From the NCBI GenBank assembly GCA_937999345.1, contig CALLBL010000005.1, positions 8,196 through 72,195 of the forward strand: 64,000 nucleotides of DNA, given 5' to 3'. Of this stretch, positions 41,297 to 59,737 are shown in pieces. The notes under the pieces were generated by a model. It had not been told where the DNA came from. It saw only the letters and a program-made list of their open reading frames with translations, and made no database searches. The DNA comes from an uncultured Candidatus Altimarinota bacterium (lineage in GTDB: Bacteria > Patescibacteriota > Gracilibacteria > BD1-5 > UBA6164). The translations under genes were made by a program, and so were the position numbers. How positions within the stretch are numbered: the first letter of the stretch is position 1; each line of letters opens with the position of its first letter.

Positions 41297-43080
41297 TCAT
41301 ACATTATATCATCCCAAGGAGTTCTATACAAGCCTTCTCCAAGTCTCTTCTGATCAATTATATGTCAGATAAACCCAGTCGTTCTCGCGAGGATAAACAG
41401 CCCGTTAAATATCCCAGCTTCAATATACTCCTGAATCTCTTCATAACTCATCCCGATATCACTCATGATATCTAGAAGCATCGCAGCAATCATACCATCT
41501 ACATTGAGAATCAGATTTGATCTCTTTTCGAGAGTGATAGACTCTACCTCGAGTGCAAAGTCGAGATGCGTTCTATTTGGGAAACTTTCAGCGAGTTCGA
41601 GCATGATCTCACATCTCTTATCTGGATTAAACTTAGATTTTACCTTGTGTCCGATTCCTGGTATATATTTTCATTTTTTCTTCATATCACTTACAAACTG
41701 ACGAGGTTCCACTCCACTCTCCACAGCCGCAGAGAAGCACTTCCCAGCTCAGTCGATAGCACCTCAAAACCTCGGTCCGATAGTTGTGAGTCCAGCGATG
41801 AGTGATGACTTGAGATCGTTTCCAGCTCTCGCTGTGACGATAGCATTAGTCGCTCCAGATACTGCTGGTCCGTGATCTGCTAGGAGTATGAGAACAGTAT
41901 TGATAAAGTCTTCAGCGTATGCTGGTAAGTCTCTTTTGAGCCAGAGATTTCCAATCACATTTGCAAAGCTTCACTTAGACGTATATTCAGAGATTGCTTT
42001 TTTATTGTAGTGAAGTTCTTCTCCTCTTTCATCACTGATAGTTGAAGTAAATCTGGTTTTTGATCTTGATTGTATTTTTTTTACCTTTTCGAGAATTATA
42101 TCGTGGCTTATAGTTTCTTTTTCTGGAAATGAACCAACAATTTTTTTAAATGTTGCTTCAATTTTGTCTCAGAAATCCATGTAGTTTTCTGGAACAATCG
42201 CTCCAGCCTCTCTAAGCGTTTTGTTTTTATAATTAGCTGTTTCTTCTAATGCATTTGATTTTGCTCCAGCATGACCAAACTGTACTTCTCCAGATATCTG
42301 ATCGTCTATGGTTCAGATACACCAAGCCACAACAGGTTTAGTGATTTCTCATGTACGAATCATTTCAGCAATCTCGAGTTCCGATACTCATCATACCTCT
42401 CCTAGCATGACAATCATTTCTATTTCATCATCCTCTTGGTATAGTTTAAATACATCTTTAAATTCCATAGCATTGTACCTGTCTCATCAGAGAGCAATAG
42501 AAACAGAACTTCAATCTGCTCTATCATAAGACATTCTTCTTAGTTCATTACTCATTCATCCTGATTTTGAAACCACACCAACACTTCCTGATTGATAAAG
42601 TCTAGAATCAACAATATTTTTTATACTTCATCCAGTATTTCCTGCCCTGAAAGCTCCTGCTTTCATTCATCCCACTGTTGCTGGTCAGATGATATTTAGG
42701 TTCTTTTCTTTATTTCTTGCGATAATTTCACGCGTTTCTCTTTCTGGTATTCATTCTGCTATGATAACTATATTTTTAAATATACCTGTTTCCATAGCAT
42801 CGATAGTCGCTTTAAAAGCACTCCTATGAGATGCAAAATTTACCATAGTATCCACTTTTTTTTGAATATCAGCAGGGATACTTCTAAATGTACTATAACT
42901 AGGAATAAATAACTCTTTGTCACCAAAGAATATTTTATGATTTCCATTCTTCGTACTTTGAGGATTCAGTATAGCGAGAACAGACGGATCTCTTCAACAT
43001 AGATAATCAAAATCAAGCATATTTTGAATAGCCTTTAGTTGGAGTCCGTATACGATAGAAAAAGTATTTTTTGAAAACAT
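41293..43080 (-). CDS. aclA: ATP-citrate lyase alpha subunit (CoA-ligase plus citrate-synthase-like domains)
   Basis: GVVSKSGGMSNE, catalytic-His loop [74 protein letters not shown]. 595 aa. Confidence 0.85.
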
Positions 43081-43082
43081 TA

Positions 43083-44288
43083 TTATAATTTTATTTCTTT
43101 TAAAATATTGGTCATATAGTCGCTACTTCAAGCAACAGTACAGTTTATTCCCATCTTTTCACATTCAGATTTCAAGAGAGGAAGTCATATTTCTTCTTGT
43201 ATTCATCATCTTCTTACGAGTATTTTTATATCTCTATCTCTAAATTCATCTTGAAAGTCTTTAATAGCTGCGACAAATCATCCAAAAGTAGTAGCAATAT
43301 TTGTGAAGTTAGCTATTACTCATCCTATGATAAAGTATTTTGCATTTGGAGATTTAAACATTTGAGAAAAGAAAGTCTTTGTATACTCATAGGTATTCTC
43401 AAAATCAGGACCACCAGCTAATTCTCAATAGTTTCAAAGCTCATCAGCATATCAAAGGGCACCTATTGTATCTGTGAAAACAAGACTCGCTCATCCTCAG
43501 GCTATGATAGTCCATATGCTTCATTCAGGATTGAGGATTTTATGTTTCATGCTGGCACCAGTTTTTTCATCAAGCTCTCTTATATGTCTTTCTGATGGCT
43601 CTTCTTTGAAGCCAAGAGTAGGTGGGAATACTAAATCTTTCCAATGGTTTTGTTGTTTGAAATGTTCTTGGTCATCGAGCTTGGCTACCATGTCGAGGAG
43701 GACGATATCACCAGTTTCCTGATGAAAACAAAACGGATTTACTTCGAGGTATACAAAACCATAGTCTTTGTAATATTTCCAGAGATCCATGATAACTTCG
43801 ATGATATCTTTGTGTGCTATTCAGAAACTCTCTTTTAAATCAGACTCTTTTAGGTCTTCCATAGTAGGGATATCTATAGATGTGACACTATCCCAGTTTG
43901 ATTCGACTTCGACTCATCCAGCTTCTGAGAAGTGCACGGTGTCAGCATCTCTTCCTGCTTGGAAAGATATGTAGTACTCCTTGGTATGTGGAGTAAACTC
44001 TTCTGCGAGAAATACATCGAGCGTACCATCGACTCATGAGACTTCTTGCTTCTTCCCAAGTTTCTTTTCGAGCCATTTTTCCGACTCTTTTTTATCGAGT
44101 CCGACTCCTACGAGCCCGAGTTTTCATCTTCACCCGAAGAGCATATCTGGCTTGAGGACATAGCTTTTATCTTTATCGAGTTTTTTTACATCCTTGATAT
44201 CATCTATCAGGATTCATTTGTATTTTTTTCAGATAGATTCAAAAAACATTCTCTTTGCATCAAACTCTCTTATTCCAACTTGTGCCAT
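43083..44288 (-). CDS. aclB: ATP-citrate lyase beta subunit (ATP-grasp)
   Basis: MAQVGIREFDAKRMF...VLKPDMLFGGRGKLGLVGV...YLEVNPF...LDMVAKLDD...IWTIIAGGGASLVFTDTI...GNYGELAGGP. 401 aa. Its stop lies 2 nt before the aclA ATG. Confidence 0.85.
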
Positions 44289-44365
44289 AAACTATTTTGG
44301 GACAAAAAATAAACTTTTCATTATTATATGAAAAGTTTAGGAAAATGGTAGGGGAATGTTGTTAT

Positions 44366-45058
44366 TTATTTAGTGAAGTGAACTTTATATTCAGGATCAT
44401 ATGAGCTAATCATCATTTCATTTTCAGATATTTTTTTTATCCAAAGTGTTTTTATTCTTCATTTTGAGGTATATATTCATTCGTGAGGAAATATCACAGA
44501 CATAACATATCATTGGTCATTGGTTTCATAAACTACTGTAGAAAACTGATGAGGATATACCTGTGAACTTGTTATTCTATCGTTATCAGATATTTCTTTT
44601 ATGTACTCGTTTATCAAGCTTGAAACAATTGATTCTAGATTTTCACTTACTCAACTCCATGGTAAACTTTCTTTTATATTGATACATATTTCATCATACT
44701 TCAATAGAAAGCCACCAAGTAAGTCTTCTTTATTTCAACTAAGTAAAAAGTCCATATTAAACTTTATCATAAATATTGAATTTTGTACCGATTTAAGTGC
44801 TCAGATTTCTTCATGTGTGAGCTCTTGTTTACTTTCTATGAAAAGTCTTTCAGTTTCTTCGAGTCACTTAAGTATTTCTAAAAAAGAAGCTCTGAATTTT
44901 CTCATTTCTCTTTCAAATCTTTCTTTTGAGGTTAATTCATGAGGATGTTTTAGTGAATAAAAATCTCAAATCATTTCTTTTGGATTTGGTATATCAGCAT
45001 GAGCAGAACCAGCTAGTATTGCTGAGGCTCAGAGAGTTAGGATAGATTGTTTCAACAT
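44366..45058 (-). CDS. Secreted hypothetical protein (230 aa)
   Basis: Signal peptide MLKQSILTLGASAILAGSAHA. No motif recognised. Confidence 0.6.
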
Positions 45059-45060
45059 AA

Positions 45061-45096
45061 AAAACTATAGTAATTAATATTAATTACTATAGTTTT
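45061..45096. terminator. Bidirectional terminator, 17-bp perfect stem
   Basis: AAAACTATAGTAATTAA-TA-TTAATTACTATAGTTTT. Confidence 0.75.
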
Positions 45097-45113
45097 AAAA
45101 ATTTATTTGTCAA

Positions 45114-46112
45114 TTAATAGACATTGTACCTTGCTCTGTTTCTTTCGTGTTCAGCATTATCTACTCAGTAGTAGATGTTTCCATCACCAGCATGCAGGTA
45201 GAAGTAGTAGTCAGTATCAAGAGGATCAAGAGCAGCATCTATACTATCAAAACTTGGATTTGAGATAGGAGTTTTTGGAAGCCCTGTTTTTGTTCTGGTG
45301 TTATACTCATTTTTGGCTTGTACATTATTTCTTACAAAGTCTGGAGTACAATCTTTGTATACCACTTTATATGGATAACAGACAGTTGCATCAGCTCCGA
45401 TGAGCCAATCTTCTTCATATCGTTTTTTCAGTATTCCTGCTACTATTTCTCTTTCATTGAGTCATTGGTCTTTTGTTTCTCTTTCTACTATCGATGCGAG
45501 ATTTACCAGCTCAAGCATAGTTTCTCCATCCATATTTACCATCAGTTTTTGGTACACTCTTACGAGAAAGTTATCAAGCATTTGTTTGCTGAGACTTTTT
45601 ACAGAAAAAGTATTTGGATTTATGTTGTAAGTATCTGGGTAGAGAAAACCTTCGAGACTGATAGCACTTTCTAAAAATGGATATTCTGATCTTATTTCAC
45701 TGAGATATGATTCATTGTTATTTATAAATTCTCATGCTTCTATCAGTCCTTTATTATCGAGGTAATTATCGATATCGTATATCGTCCATCCTTCGAGGAT
45801 AGTTACGGTATCATCTTCATTGATAGGAGTTTTGAGTGAGGCTAGAAACTCATCTACTGTTTGATTTGGTTCTACGAAATACCTTCACTTTTGAAGCGGG
45901 TAGTCTGGAGCATTATTTCTCAGGTATAGTTTTGCAAAGTATTTACTTTCAGTTTCTTCTTGGAGTATTTTAGAAAATGAATCACCATCTACGATTTCAT
46001 ATACTGATTGTTCTAGGCTTATAGGAGTGTCTCAAAATCATCTATAGTTCCAAAAAAACACGAGTCCAGATATCACTGCAATCCAGATAATAAGCTTTAT
46101 AAGTCTAAACAT
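45114..46112 (-). CDS. mltG: Endolytic murein transglycosylase MltG (YceG-like)
   Basis: N-terminal TM helix; LASIVERET; YNTRTKTGLPKTPISNPSFDSIDAALDP...YYFYL; C-terminal NAEHERN. Confidence 0.85.
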
Positions 46113-46185
46113 AATTAAGGTCTTGGAAATATTATCCCGAGAATTGTATAAAAAAAGTTATATTTTTCAAGCCTAGAGTTCTATT

Positions 46186-46686
46186 TTAATTATAGGTATT
46201 GTTTCTATTGAACCTCAGTTTACCCAGCCACCTCGCTGTATAGCAGACTCATGTCACTCATGTATATATAGTTCATACTCATGCTAATAATGCTCATATA
46301 TAGAAGTATGAACTGAGAAAAAAGCCAAGTAGGCAAAATACGAGTATCAATGTTCAAACGATAATCTGTACTTGTTGTACGATAGCTATATTGCAGCCTA
46401 CTCCTCACATGATAATTTTTTCAGGATGTTCTTTTTGAAATGAAACTATTCATCAAGTGTATACTTTCAAATCCTTTTTATCTATATGCTTTTCTAACAT
46501 AGATTTTGCTATTTCTGATCTTTTTCCATTTCTACATATGATGGTTATCTTTTTTCACTTTAGGATTTTTGCTATGAGTTCTTCTTTTCATTTGAGTGTA
46601 CTTAGAGGCATTTCTACTGAATCTTTTATTCTTTGAGATTTGCATTCTTCTGCAGTACGTACGTCGAGCAGTATTTTATCTTTCAT
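46186..46686 (-). CDS. Rhodanese-domain protein fused to a DUF2892/YgaP-like membrane segment
   Basis: LLDVRTAEECKSQRIKDSVEMPL...KITIICRNGKRS (active-site Cys loop), then GGVGCNIAIVQQVQIIVGTLILVF...GVTGVCYTARWLG. Confidence 0.75.
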
Positions 46687-47090
46687 AGTATTCTTGTAAA
46701 TTTTATTAATTATTTATACAAAAAAACTCAAATATTTCAATTCATTTTTTATCTATATTAATTTTACAGATTATTTTGTAATTAAGTTTGGATTCATGTT
46801 ATTTTGTTGCTATCATGTAATTATACTTTTTATCATTTTAAATTATTTGTTAAAGAAAAATTATTGAGACTTATTGATGCTCTTGAAGTGTATATGACTA
46901 GTGACTCTAAATATGAAGTTTTAGTAGGTGATATTATTTATTTTTTTGACAAGAAGCTTATGGCTATAAACTAAAAATATTAAGTAACTTAAGGTTCGCT
47001 TAATCTGGAGTTATTATAGTATATTTGGTAATAATTTGACTATTAAAATTTATTAATTATTATATATACATAATTTATAAAAATATTTTT

Positions 47091-47831
47091 ATGAAAATAA
47101 TAATAACTACACTTATATTTCTACCAGTTTTATCTTTATCAGTAGGAACAAGTTTTGCTAGTGAGGCAAAAAATATATGAAGTTTAGAGGTAGTGCAAGC
47201 ATGAAATATGCTAGTGGCATCAGGGTTTTCATCTGCACCATTTTTTAGATCTGATGAAACAGTCGAGCAAGCATTATTGCGACTCAGAGCAGAAAGACTC
47301 AGGATAGAAAGAGCGCAAGAAGCAAAAAAAGAAAGAGAAGAAAGATTGAGAAATCAACAGTTTGAGAGATTAAATAATGCAAATTCAGTGAGATTTGAGG
47401 ACATAAAATCAGAAACAATAATTCATGCTCCATGAGTACAAAGAACTCATAATGTAAACTCACAAAATATTAATACTAATGAATCAAATGCGTTTAAAGA
47501 CAGATTATTTAAAAGAATTGAAAGAGCTGAAGTGCAAAGGTCTTATAATCTCGAAATAGAGAGAATTCGTAATGCAGAAGATAGGAAATCTTATGGTACT
47601 AGATCGCTTAATGCTGAAGTTCAAAGAATTCGTAGTATACAAGATAAGAAATTTCGTAGATCTCTATCAAATACATCTTTTACAGCAACTCCACAAAAAA
47701 CAAATATTTTTGGATCAAATATAAAATACAATCAGGATTCTATAAGATTCCAAAATACAAATCCACAAAGCACCCAAAGTGTAAACTCGCAAAAATCTAA
47801 TAATGATGAAATCTATTCATTTTTTAGATAA
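47091..47831 (+). CDS. Secreted Arg/Glu/Gln-rich repetitive protein (246 aa)
   Basis: Signal peptide MKIIITTLIFLPVLSLSVGTSFA. Recurring ERLRIERAQE / EIERIRNAEDRKSY / EVQRIRSIQDKKF motifs. Confidence 0.6.
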
Positions 47832-48068
47832 AAATAACTTCAACTAAGGAAGCTCAAAAATCATTTGACTTCCTTTTTATTTTCCTATAATTCCTAATGA
47901 AAGTACTACCTTTGAATGCGTTCCAGGAGAAGAGGTAGCGAAAATTTAGTTAAAATGTTAAAACAATTTTTAGTGAACCACCATTCATAAAAATAATCTT
48001 ATGCTATTTTAGCGTTTTTTTTGCGTTTTAATTTTTTTGATATTTATACCACATAACACATAGATTTT

Positions 48069-51638
<3,570 letters not shown>

Positions 51639-51679
51639 AAATTCTCTATTTACAAAAATAATCCCTAAATCTAAATACT

Positions 51680-55711
<4,032 letters not shown>

Positions 55712-55726
55712 TTTGACATACATTAA

Positions 55727-55756
55727 AAAATACTTATATTAATTTATAAGTATTTT
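55727..55756 (+). terminator. Intrinsic terminator after rpoC
   Basis: AAAATACTTATA-TTAATT-TATAAGTATTTT plus a T-run. Confidence 0.7.
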
Positions 55757-55777
55757 TTATTTTTTAATAAAATTTAT

Positions 55778-56260
55778 ATGAAAATAAGAGATTTTTTGTG
55801 ATATAAAACACAAAACAAACAACCATGATTTAATTCTTGAGTTTTTCCTAAGAATGATTTTGACGTACTTTCTTGAACATATAATTTTAATGCTCCATAT
55901 TTAAAAGCCAAACTTATCTCCTTAAAAGAATGAGTAGATATTATGTGCTTAACTCCTTCGGAGTCACAAATATCACAAGTTGATACACCAATTCATGAAG
56001 ATAGAACTCTTTATTTAGATACTCGTAATAAAAATAATGTATTTACTATTGATGGTGAATTTCAAGAAATAACCTTGGATAGATTGCAGGATTTTTTAAA
56101 GGATAATTTAAATAAGAATCCTCCGCATCAAGAACAATTTTTTATTAGGAAGACTTGAGATAATCAATTTGAATATCATACTGTTCCAGATATTAATAAA
56201 AAACAGTTAGGAGGAGTTGATGTAAATGATAAGATAGTGAATATATTCGATAAAAACTAA
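55778..56260 (+). CDS. Hypothetical protein (160 aa)
   Basis: Table-25 ORF containing track ORF 55943. No motif recognised. Confidence 0.5.
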
Positions 56261-56290
56261 AAAATACTCTCGCGATGCGAGAGTATTTTT
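56261..56290. terminator. Bidirectional intrinsic terminator
   Basis: AAAATACTCTCGC-GAT-GCGAGAGTATTTT. Confidence 0.75.
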
Positions 56291-56298
56291 TAGTTCTT

Positions 56299-56676
56299 TT
56301 ATATTTCGTTGAGCATTTCCAGTATATCATCTGGATTTTCTTCTTGAGCTTCACTTGCTTTTGCTGCTGCCATTTTCTTTTTCCCTTCTTTCACTTGCAT
56401 TTCTTGCCATTCGATGAGATGTTTCTCGTTGAGTGATTTGATTTCTTTTTGGTATTTTACTTCGAGTTCTTCGAGCTTCTTTCTCTCAGTTTCGAGTATA
56501 TCAAAGAGTCTATCGATTTGTTCATCAGTCATAGAAGGCATGATATCAAACCAGTATTGTCTTTCATCATCGTCCATACTCTCGGTCTCAAGGATAAGTT
56601 TTATGAGATCAGGAAATTTTGCTTGAATTTCATCAAGTATTTGGAAGGCTTTCCCATCTTTTTGTATTTGAGCCAT
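56299..56676 (-). CDS. Acidic helical hypothetical protein (125 aa)
   Basis: Intact standard ORF ending in TAA. DDDERQYWFDIMPSMTDEQIDRLFDILETERKKLEELE. Confidence 0.65.
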   Translation of the reverse strand: MAQIQKDGKAFQILDEIQAKFPDLIKLILETESMDDDERQYWFDIMPSMTDEQIDRLFDILETERKKLEELEVKYQKEIKSLNEKHLIEWQEMQVKEGKKKMAAAKASEAQEENPDDILEMLNEI

Positions 56677-56841
56677 GTGTAAACAGTTAGGATTTAATAT
56701 TTATTTTTAAGTATCTATATAAATTATATCAAACTCTTTAAAAATTTGCAAAAAGAAAATATCAAAATATACTTAAATTATATTCTGGGTGATTTGCTTG
56801 TATACTTGTTTTGTTACCTGTTTACCATATAAGTTGTAAAA

Positions 56842-57090
56842 ATGTTTTTTGTTTATTTTGGTATATATACTTTTGTTCTCGCTATTTTGTGGGGGTTTTT
56901 CATGCTCGCAAAGCTCCATTCCTACAAATTTAAATCATTTAGTAAAAATATTGAAAAGGTCACTACTGTGCTATTAATATTCCTTATTTCACTTTCTATT
57001 TTAGGGTATATTTTGATATTTTTTCTCGATACTGCACCTGCAAGTTTTGAAATCACTCCAAACGAGAGAATTCAAGATACGTATTACTAA
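56842..57090 (+). CDS. Small membrane protein (82 aa)
   Basis: Two hydrophobic helices. Intact ORF ending in TAA. Confidence 0.55.
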   Translation: MFFVYFGIYTFVLAILWGFFMLAKLHSYKFKSFSKNIEKVTTVLLIFLISLSILGYILIFFLDTAPASFEITPNERIQDTYY

Positions 57091-57107
57091 TATAAAACTC
57101 ATAGTTT

Positions 57108-57425
57108 ATGGCTTCTATATTTACCAAGATTATTCAGCGTGAGATACCAGCTGATATCGTCTATGAACAGGATAACATTATCGTGATTCGTGATATAAAT
57201 CCACAGGCAAAGACGCATTTACTGATTATTCCTAAAAAAGAAATCCCTACACTGAATGATATAGTAGATGATGATAGTGAGCTCATGTCAGATATGTTTC
57301 TGGCTGCCAAGAAAGTAACTAAAGACCTTGGTATAGATGAGTGATATAGTCTCAGGCTCAATGTATGAGAAAAATGAGGACAAGAAGTATTTCATATACA
57401 TATGCACCTCTTGTCAGATATATAA
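57108..57425 (+). CDS. HIT-family (histidine triad) nucleotide hydrolase
   Basis: IFTKIIQREIPADIVYEQDNIIVIRDINPQAKTHLLIIPK...GQEVFHIHMHLL contains the HxHxHxx motif. Confidence 0.85.
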
Positions 57426-57440
57426 AAATAAAAAATACCT

Positions 57441-58772
57441 ATGAACAAAAATAAAATAATATTTGCAATCCTCTGAGCGATTTTACTCGTTATCCTCATT
57501 CTATTAGCGCTCAACCTCAGATCATCTGAGCCAACGAGAACCAATGTTAATAGTGGAGAAGTATTTAACATATGGATACTCCAAGACAAAAGAGAAGATT
57601 TTGATGAGTTTTTAAGAAAATTCAAAGAAGCAAATCCAGCGTATGCCAATAAATCTAATATAGTAGTAGAGAGTTTTTCAGACTATGATAGCTATTTTTA
57701 TTCACTCGTAGCTGCATTTTCTAGATGAGAATGACCTGATTTATTTACGCTAAATAATTCAGAAAGATCAGTACTTGAGGATAACATCATCGGTATAGAC
57801 CCACTTCTCATAAGTCCGAGTGATTTTAGAAAGATGTATAAGTGAGTATTTTCTGATGATCTCATATCGAGAACTGGAGATGGACTTGAGTTTTTAAAAT
57901 GAATACCTGTATGATATGAATCACTATGAGTTTACTACAATAGGAGATATTTCAAATCCAGTGACTTTGAGTCATGGACAGCTCTCTGATCAGCTGTAAC
58001 TGATATATCTGAGAGAAATTCTTGAGATTTAGTTCCTCTCTGACTTTGAAAATCAGATGCAACTCTTCATGCATGAGATATATTTACTCAGATACTTGCC
58101 TTAAATGGTGACACTGATCTCGGAGCCGTATCAAACCAGACTATAGGACAAGCACTACAGATATATGAATGATACGCAGATGAGAGAGGAGACAACTGAT
58201 TTAATAGACTCTTAGGGGCAAATCCTGATAAGAATAATCTCGATCTCTTTTCACTATGAGACGTAGCAGCTGTGATTTGATATCCTAGGACTCTTCAGTC
58301 TATAGATGAAAAATGATACAGAAGCACATTCTTGCTCGCAACTCCATTTCCGTCATTTGCATGAGTCGATCATAAGACACTTATCAATTATGATTATTAT
58401 GTCATCAATAAAAATACTGAAGATACATCATTTGCTATAGATCTACTGAGTTATATGATGACTGATGATTGAGCAACTGAGTACTTAGATATATTTACTC
58501 ACTATCTCCCAGCCAAGATATCACTCGAGGATGATAGATTAGAAAAAAAAGTAAATGAAAACTACAACATAGTGTATAAAGATTTTTATGATAGAGACTC
58601 ACTACTGGTTTCTTTCAATACTGGAATCAAACAAATATATGATAAAGAAATACTTCCTATACTCTCAGATAGTACGAATGCTTTAGCTCGATTTAATTCA
58701 CTCAGCTCATCTGTAATGTGTAAAGCAGGTAAGGCTCTGACACTGGAAAATCTTTCAGGGATATGTGAATAA
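57441..58772 (+). CDS. Extracellular solute-binding protein (ABC sugar-type family 1), orphan
   Basis: N-terminal anchor helix; VVESFSDYDSYFYSLVAAFSRGEGPDLFTLNN; GIPVGYESLGVYYNRRYF. No permease or ATPase genes adjacent. Confidence 0.7.
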
Positions 58773-58778
58773 AAAAAA

Positions 58779-58806
58779 GACTCTCACGTGAGAGCCTTTT
58801 TTTTTG
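58779..58806. terminator. Bidirectional intrinsic terminator
   Basis: GACTCTCAC-GTGAGAGCC palindrome between an A8 run and a T9 run. Confidence 0.7.
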
Positions 58807-58816
58807 TGTTTTAAAA

Positions 58817-59122
58817 TTATTTACTGAGTCCTTCTTTGAAGTGATCAAAAAGGTGATTAACAAGATCATCCATGTTTTTATAGTCTTCTCTTTCATATCT
58901 AAATGATTGACCATCAAGTGTTGCTTGTAGTACTCAATTAAATAGATTTTTCTTGTTTTTATCTATTTTGATTTCGAGTATTCATTCTGCATCATCTTTT
59001 TTATCAAATTGTTTTAAGTAGTTATCTACTTTTGAGTTCAGGTTTTCTTGTACGAGTCTTTCGATTACTTCCTTTGAGAAGTCTACTTCTTTTCCTGCGT
59101 GTATTTTTACTTGTAATTCCAT
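58817..59122 (-). CDS. hpf: Ribosome hibernation promoting factor (short HPF/RaiA/YfiA type)
   Basis: 101 aa. MELQVKIHAGKEVDFSKEVIERLVQENL...ILEIKIDKNKKNLFNGVLQATLDGQSFRYEREDYKNMDDLVNHLFDHFKEGL has the beta-alpha-beta-beta-beta-alpha pattern of sigma-54 modulation/HPF proteins. Confidence 0.8.
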
Positions 59123-59202
59123 ATTTAGTATTTGTTTTCTTAAAAAAATATAAGTACACAAAAATGATACTACAAACCCATATGCAAATCAAATAAAAAA
59201 TA

Positions 59203-59598
59203 AAAAAAAAGCCCAGCCGAAGCTGGGTGTCTTCACGAAGGAAGACGAGAGAGAATTTTAGCATCCAATTCTTAGTGAATGGTTTGCTTTTATTCCAACC
59301 TCTAGACTGCGCGATGTGGAGCACGACAAGTCTAGAGGGGCTACCGACAGATGGGCTGGTATCTGTCAGGTAAATTTCTCCAATATAACCAGGGCTAAAT
59401 CTGACTATATTGGAGACCACTAATGCGACAGTACCCTAAGGGAAGACATTAGTGAGTCGGTACACTGGCGAGAGCCTACCAACATGGTGAGCATTGCTCG
59501 CAAAGCTTGTTTCAAATTGGGGGTTGAAACGTACAAGCTCTGCGAGCACAGGAATGAAGCGAACTTCTTCCTAAACTCTTGGTAAGTAAAACTTACCT
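59203..59598 (-). ncRNA. Unassigned ~395-nt GC-rich, highly structured RNA gene with its own promoter and terminator
   Basis: At least 9 stable hairpins, e.g. a 16-bp stem UGCUCGCAGAGCUUGU/ACAAGCUUUGCGAGCA, an 11-bp stem UCUCCAAUAUA/UAUAUUGGAGA and a 10-bp stem CCUCUAGACU/AGUCUAGAGG. Ends in CCCAGC-UUCG-GCUGGG plus U9. No plausible ORF. Confidence 0.6.
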
Positions 59599-59605
59599 TA
59601 CAAAT

Positions 59606-59633
59606 ACTATAAATATAAATATATATAAGTCAA
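59606..59633 (-). promoter_or_regulatory. Promoter of the structured RNA
   Basis: Minus strand: TTGACT (59633-59628), 16 nt, TATAGT (59611-59606). Confidence 0.5.
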
Positions 59634-59737
59634 ATTTAATTTAAACAAAACTACTTAAAATAATAGAAAACAATTTTACAAAGCTCTCTAGAGCCATATA
59701 CTCGTATCTATAGTTTTAATATTTACAGATAAAAAGT

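Noticed and set aside
46801-46972. Protein-like frame ...LRLIDALEVYMTSDSKYEVLVGDIIYFFDKKLMAIN-stop in the 400-nt gap before 47091
   Set aside because: No ATG/GTG start with any upstream signal, and too short to evaluate. Possibly a decayed gene fragment.
47906-47938. Hairpin CUACCU...AGGUAG upstream of rpoB, considered as an rpoB/L10-type leader
   Set aside because: No following U-run, no rplJ/rplL context, and only a 6-bp stem.
59022-59420. 132-aa minus-strand ORF overlapping the hpf start and the structured RNA
   Set aside because: It runs through the RNA's terminator and hairpins and out of frame across the hpf start. The composition is implausible, and hpf (58817-59122) and the RNA explain the region.
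59203-59598. Calling the structured RNA RNase P RNA or tmRNA
   Set aside because: No GGAAAGUCC (CR-I) or ACAGAA..GGCUUA (CR-IV) sequences in the right order. No tRNA-like acceptor/T-arm, CCA end or alanine-rich tag ORF. Left unassigned and reported as a finding instead.
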